The notes under the pieces are model-generated. The model was not told the origin of the DNA, did no database searches, and worked only from the letters and a program-made list of their open reading frames with translations. A program made the translations under genes and the position numbers. A DNA stretch of 28,958 nucleotides from a virus (lineage: Duplodnaviria; Caudoviricetes), in the IMG/VR virus record IMGVR_UViG_3300011334_000349, positions 1 through 28,958 of that record; one strand, given 5' to 3'. This document shows, piece by piece, positions 25,516 through 28,958 of this stretch (its first letter is position 1; each line of letters starts with the position of its first letter).

Positions 25516-26103
25516 TTATTTTTTTAGTGATTGAAATGCTTTTTGAAGGTTTTTAAAACTTTCATTTTTCTCTGTTTTTAATTGCTTTGCAAATTGATTC
25601 GGTGCCGTGATTGCTTTATCGCTTGGCTCCTTTGCAAGTGACTCGATTACTTGAGCGGACAACTTTACCGCTTCCGTTACATCGGCCGCTTTCTCTTCCA
25701 TTGCTTTAACCTTGGCGGAAAGTTCTTCAACCTTCTTTTCAAGTGCCCCCATGACCTCTTCAAACTTGGCCATTGCCTCGTCTTTGATCGGCTCCACCAT
25801 TGGCGCCTCTTCGGATGCCTCAATTTCGATTTCTACTTTTGCGGCTTCTCCGCTTTTTACCTCGGCGATCTTACCCGCTTCGGTCACCACAACGACTTCT
25901 CCGGTCTCCAAGGTATGCTCTCCAATTGGTGCTGGAATAAGTTCGCCATCTTCTCCGATCACATAGATTTCCAACGTCTCGAGATCATATGATACCTTAG
26001 TACCATCGATCAAAACGCCTTCCATCATTGCGAAAGTTGCTTTCTTGCTTGCTTCGGTAAAAAGCAATTTTTTGATTTCTGTGAGTGCTTCTTTTGCGTT
26101 CAT
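25516..26103 (-). CDS. Capsid scaffolding protein
   Basis: Acidic, 'PAPIGEHTLETG', C-terminal coiled coil; between protease and capsid. Confidence 0.7.
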   Translation of the reverse strand: MNAKEALTEIKKLLFTEASKKATFAMMEGVLIDGTKVSYDLETLEIYVIGEDGELIPAPIGEHTLETGEVVVVTEAGKIAEVKSGEAAKVEIEIEASEEAPMVEPIKDEAMAKFEEVMGALEKKVEELSAKVKAMEEKAADVTEAVKLSAQVIESLAKEPSDKAITAPNQFAKQLKTEKNESFKNLQKAFQSLKK

Positions 26104-26123
26104 AATTGTAAATATTTGGTTGA

Positions 26124-27032
26124 CTATTTTTGTTCAATTTGAGAAAGAATTTTGAAAATTTGGGACATGATCTCCTCGTCCTTTGTCATCACCTCTCCGG
26201 TCTTTTCGTACTTAAATAAACCCTCCACCGAGAAGCCCTTGAAGGTGCCATCTTTTACCTTACTCCAAAGAGATTCATTTTCCACTTTGAATGAGCCAAA
26301 CCATGAGCCATTTGCCACGTCCTCAAATCCCTTTGGAGGATTTACTCCCCGCTCTCGGTCGATGATGTACGATTCAAACATATATACCCCTTGGGCCGGC
26401 TTGCCATGTTCAATGTTGACCTTTGCTTGGTACCCTTTTTTGAAGAATTTTTGGACAATCTTTTTGATTTCCTCCGAACTAAATGTGACATAATATTCAC
26501 CCTCCTCATCTCTCCGGTATATCGGTAAATCGGCGATCATTAAAGGACCGGAAACAATTCTTTGATCCTCGCTTTGTACCGAGAAAGAAAGTTTGGTGGA
26601 AAATTCCTCTTTGATAATCTTGGATTCCGCCCAACGAAGCATTGACTCGCCACCCCATAAAAGATATGAGATTGTACCACAAGCCTCGGTATCATCCGGA
26701 TTATAATACTCGGCCGCTCGACTCAAATAAGAGTAAGTCCTTTTGATCGTTTCCTCCGAGAGATTTTCCCCGTTCATGATCTGCGTTGCACGAATTTTTC
26801 CCACTTGTGTGGCGCATCGATTGCCTATCTTCTCATTCAATTCGATTCCTCTCTTGGCCGCATCTCTTGCGCTTTGTGGGTAATCGTTGTACGATTCAAA
26901 ATTCTCCTCGCCGAAGGCAAGAAAGTTGCGTTGAATCGCGGGGCTTTCCACCAAGGCAACAAAGTCAACCTCCTCCTCTCCGTCGATATCATCGGAGATG
27001 AGCATCTTATAAATAGGTATTTGATCCATCAT
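26124..27032 (-). CDS. XkdF-like prohead serine protease with an inserted domain
   Basis: 'VALVESPAI', 'RIVSGPLMIAD', 'VNIEH', 'GSWF', 'FKGFSVEG'. Confidence 0.85.
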   Translation of the reverse strand: MMDQIPIYKMLISDDIDGEEEVDFVALVESPAIQRNFLAFGEENFESYNDYPQSARDAAKRGIELNEKIGNRCATQVGKIRATQIMNGENLSEETIKRTYSYLSRAAEYYNPDDTEACGTISYLLWGGESMLRWAESKIIKEEFSTKLSFSVQSEDQRIVSGPLMIADLPIYRRDEEGEYYVTFSSEEIKKIVQKFFKKGYQAKVNIEHGKPAQGVYMFESYIIDRERGVNPPKGFEDVANGSWFGSFKVENESLWSKVKDGTFKGFSVEGLFKYEKTGEVMTKDEEIMSQIFKILSQIEQK

Positions 27033-27043
27033 GTATTTAAGTA

Positions 27044-28958
27044 TTAAAAACCGGCTCTTCGTTCAATATCGGCCACCCTCTTTTGGGAGTTGGTCACTTC
27101 ACTTTCCACAACGTACGCTTTGAGTGGAGGTTGATTTTGCATAATGCTCCCGAGTGCGGTCACCGGACTATTGCCCAAGGTTGGCACCGCCGGTGCAACG
27201 GCCGGAGCCGCTCCGGAAACCGATGGTACGGAGGCACCACCTCCACCCCCTGGCACCGGAGTCCTTGCAATTGCTCTTACATTCTTAATACCTCCGGCAA
27301 TAGCAATGGCCGCCGCGATTGCCGCTCGAATTGGAGACGAAGGATCACCAACAATGAGTTGAGAAGCGTACGCCTTTTGAGCGCCAAGATAGGTGTCAAT
27401 AGTTGTGGAGGCAATTGCCGTCGCCTTTCCGGCGGCGGTATTCTTTCCAACCAAATCCGAAATCGTGCCCAATAAATTCGAAGCAACTTCCGCATTTTGG
27501 ACCTTCGCTTGGTTCTCTAATTTGTCGATCTCTTTTCTCGCGTTGGAATTTGCCAAGACTCCGGCGGTATATTCATCGTCCGATATCTTTCCGGCCTTGT
27601 GATATTGTTCCAACAAGTCAAGTTTTTGATCAAGTAGTGTTCTTTGAGTGTTGAAATCGTTTTCGTCTTTCAACATTTGCGCATCCAACTTCTCAAGTTC
27701 CTTGATCGCATCCGCCTCATCAATTGATTTTTGCAATGCTTTCAACGCTTGATCTTCTTGAATTTTTAGCGCCACCAATAAATTCGTTTTCTCCTCCGAT
27801 TTTAATTTTTCGTTGTTTAATATCTCGTCCTTTTGCGCTTGGAAATCAAGTAAAATTTGCTCCCTTGCTTTGACGTTTTCATCTTTGATTCCGTCAAGTC
27901 TCGTTTGAGTGATGATTTCATTCAATCGAATTTGTGCCTCCTTGCTTCTTTCCTCCTCCTCTTTTTGGTACTTATCTTTTACCGCTTGAATCTCACTTTG
28001 TCTCGCTTTCTCAAGACTTCCATCATCTTTGATCGATGCATCGTCAAGGACCTTTTGTTTTGCTTTGTACGCTTGGTTGATTGCGAGTTCTTCTTGGGCT
28101 TGTTTATCAAGCATCTTGTTTCTCGCTTCTTGCAATACGGCCAACGCCTCCTCTTCCGCCTTGGTTTGTTTATCTCGCTCCGCGGATGCCTTTTCTCCGG
28201 CCGCCTTTTGAGAATCCAAAACGGATAATTCATATCCGGCTCTTTGCTCTTTTAATTTATCAAGTCCTTGTTGCGCTTCTTTTATTGTGGCATCTCCCGC
28301 TTCACCAACCGCTTCCGGATCAAATACGAAAGAAGCCAAGTAATCCATTGTATCCTCTCTTAAATTTGTTACTTCATCAAGTACACCAATGGCATTTAAT
28401 CCTTTTGAAATCAAATCGATGCTCCCAAGGATCGCGGTCAATGGTAGTGACATAAAGTTAAGAAGGCCCGCAAGAATATCTTTATTCCTTTGTGCCGCAT
28501 CAACTTGGGCCTTCTTTGTTGCTTGAGCGTTTTGAAGATTGATCTCCGCCGCCGCGATTGCCTCGTCCGTTTGGGCAATCTTTAATTGGAGTATTTCCTC
28601 CTCGCTTTTGCCTTGAAGTTTGAGTTGATTGGTTTGGCCGTCAATTGCCTCGAGTTTTTCTTGATTGGCCTCAAGGTCTTTTTGAGTGGCCATGTTCAAG
28701 TCTTTTTGTTCCTTGCTTACACCTCCAACCAATGCGACAATGTCCTCCCAATAGGCAACGAGTAAACCAACCGCGACAACCAATGCGCCGATACCGGTGG
28801 AGATCAATGCTTTCTTGAATCCGTTTGCTCCGGCTGTCAATCCCATGAAGGAAGTCTTCAACTGAGCACCTACCTTTCCAATGTCTTTGAGTTGGGATAG
28901 TCCCTGAGAAAGTGCCATTGCTGACTGAACTTTCAGGAGTGCCTTTTCTACTTCCTGT
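27044..28958 (-). CDS. Tape measure protein (5' end outside the window)
   Basis: Frame is open to the right edge (QEVEKALLKVQSAMALSQGL...); long coiled coil, TM-like 'TGIGALVVAVGLL', C-terminal 'KAYVVESEVT'. Confidence 0.85.
   Translation of the reverse strand, partial: QEVEKALLKVQSAMALSQGLSQLKDIGKVGAQLKTSFMGLTAGANGFKKALISTGIGALVVAVGLLVAYWEDIVALVGGVSKEQKDLNMATQKDLEANQEKLEAIDGQTNQLKLQGKSEEEILQLKIAQTDEAIAAAEINLQNAQATKKAQVDAAQRNKDILAGLLNFMSLPLTAILGSIDLISKGLNAIGVLDEVTNLREDTMDYLASFVFDPEAVGEAGDATIKEAQQGLDKLKEQRAGYELSVLDSQKAAGEKASAERDKQTKAEEEALAVLQEARNKMLDKQAQEELAINQAYKAKQKVLDDASIKDDGSLEKARQSEIQAVKDKYQKEEEERSKEAQIRLNEIITQTRLDGIKDENVKAREQILLDFQAQKDEILNNEKLKSEEKTNLLVALKIQEDQALKALQKSIDEADAIKELEKLDAQMLKDENDFNTQRTLLDQKLDLLEQYHKAGKISDDEYTAGVLANSNARKEIDKLENQAKVQNAEVASNLLGTISDLVGKNTAAGKATAIASTTIDTYLGAQKAYASQLIVGDPSSPIRAAIAAAIAIAGGIKNVRAIARTPVPGGGGGASVPSVSGAAPAVAPAVPTLGNSPVTALGSIMQNQPPLKAYVVESEVTNSQKRVADIERRAGF

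Noticed and set aside
173-28455. Numerous plus-strand and alternate-frame ORFs in the track (e.g. 173-367, 2884-3276, 5949-6368, 24826-25245, 27083-27475)
   Set aside because: They are antisense or out-of-frame shadows of well-supported minus-strand genes and show no recognisable motifs.
1-28958. Alternative genetic code, tRNA genes, introns/inteins, diversity-generating retroelement
   Set aside because: Genes translate full-length in the standard code with tight packing; no cloverleaf, splice motifs, reverse transcriptase or template/variable repeat pair was seen by eye.

Overview
About 29 kb of a tailed dsDNA phage (siphovirus-like gene set), probably most of a circularly permuted genome. 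The host is inferred to be a Bacteroidetes from a TTTG-N21-TAnnTTTG promoter, A-rich leaders without Shine-Dalgarno sites, and a DUF4373-type initiator. Almost all genes are on the minus strand. Reading right to left: tape measure (5'-truncated), XkdF-like prohead protease, scaffold, major capsid, major tail, portal, head-tail genes, lysis cassette, metallophosphoesterase, a two-gene plus-strand island, early/recombination genes (ERF, Gp157), initiator, SF4 helicase, DNA methyltransferase, RusA, sigma-like factor, terminase, frameshifted tail chaperone, tail proteins, and a tail fibre (3'-truncated). No integrase, tRNA or CRISPR was seen. Most notable: (1) near-absence of the trinucleotide CAG/CTG over about 18 kb, which ends abruptly near both window edges; (2) a kissing-loop/terminator RNA leader in front of the initiator gene; (3) two 11-bp-period iteron arrays inside that gene; (4) duplicated promoter-gene-UUCG-hairpin cassettes; (5) a shared motif 6 nt upstream of late-gene start codons; (6) a portal protein with a winged-helix plus Cys-motif C-terminal extension. 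Product calls come from recognised motifs and context, and motif counts are by eye; no database searches were run.
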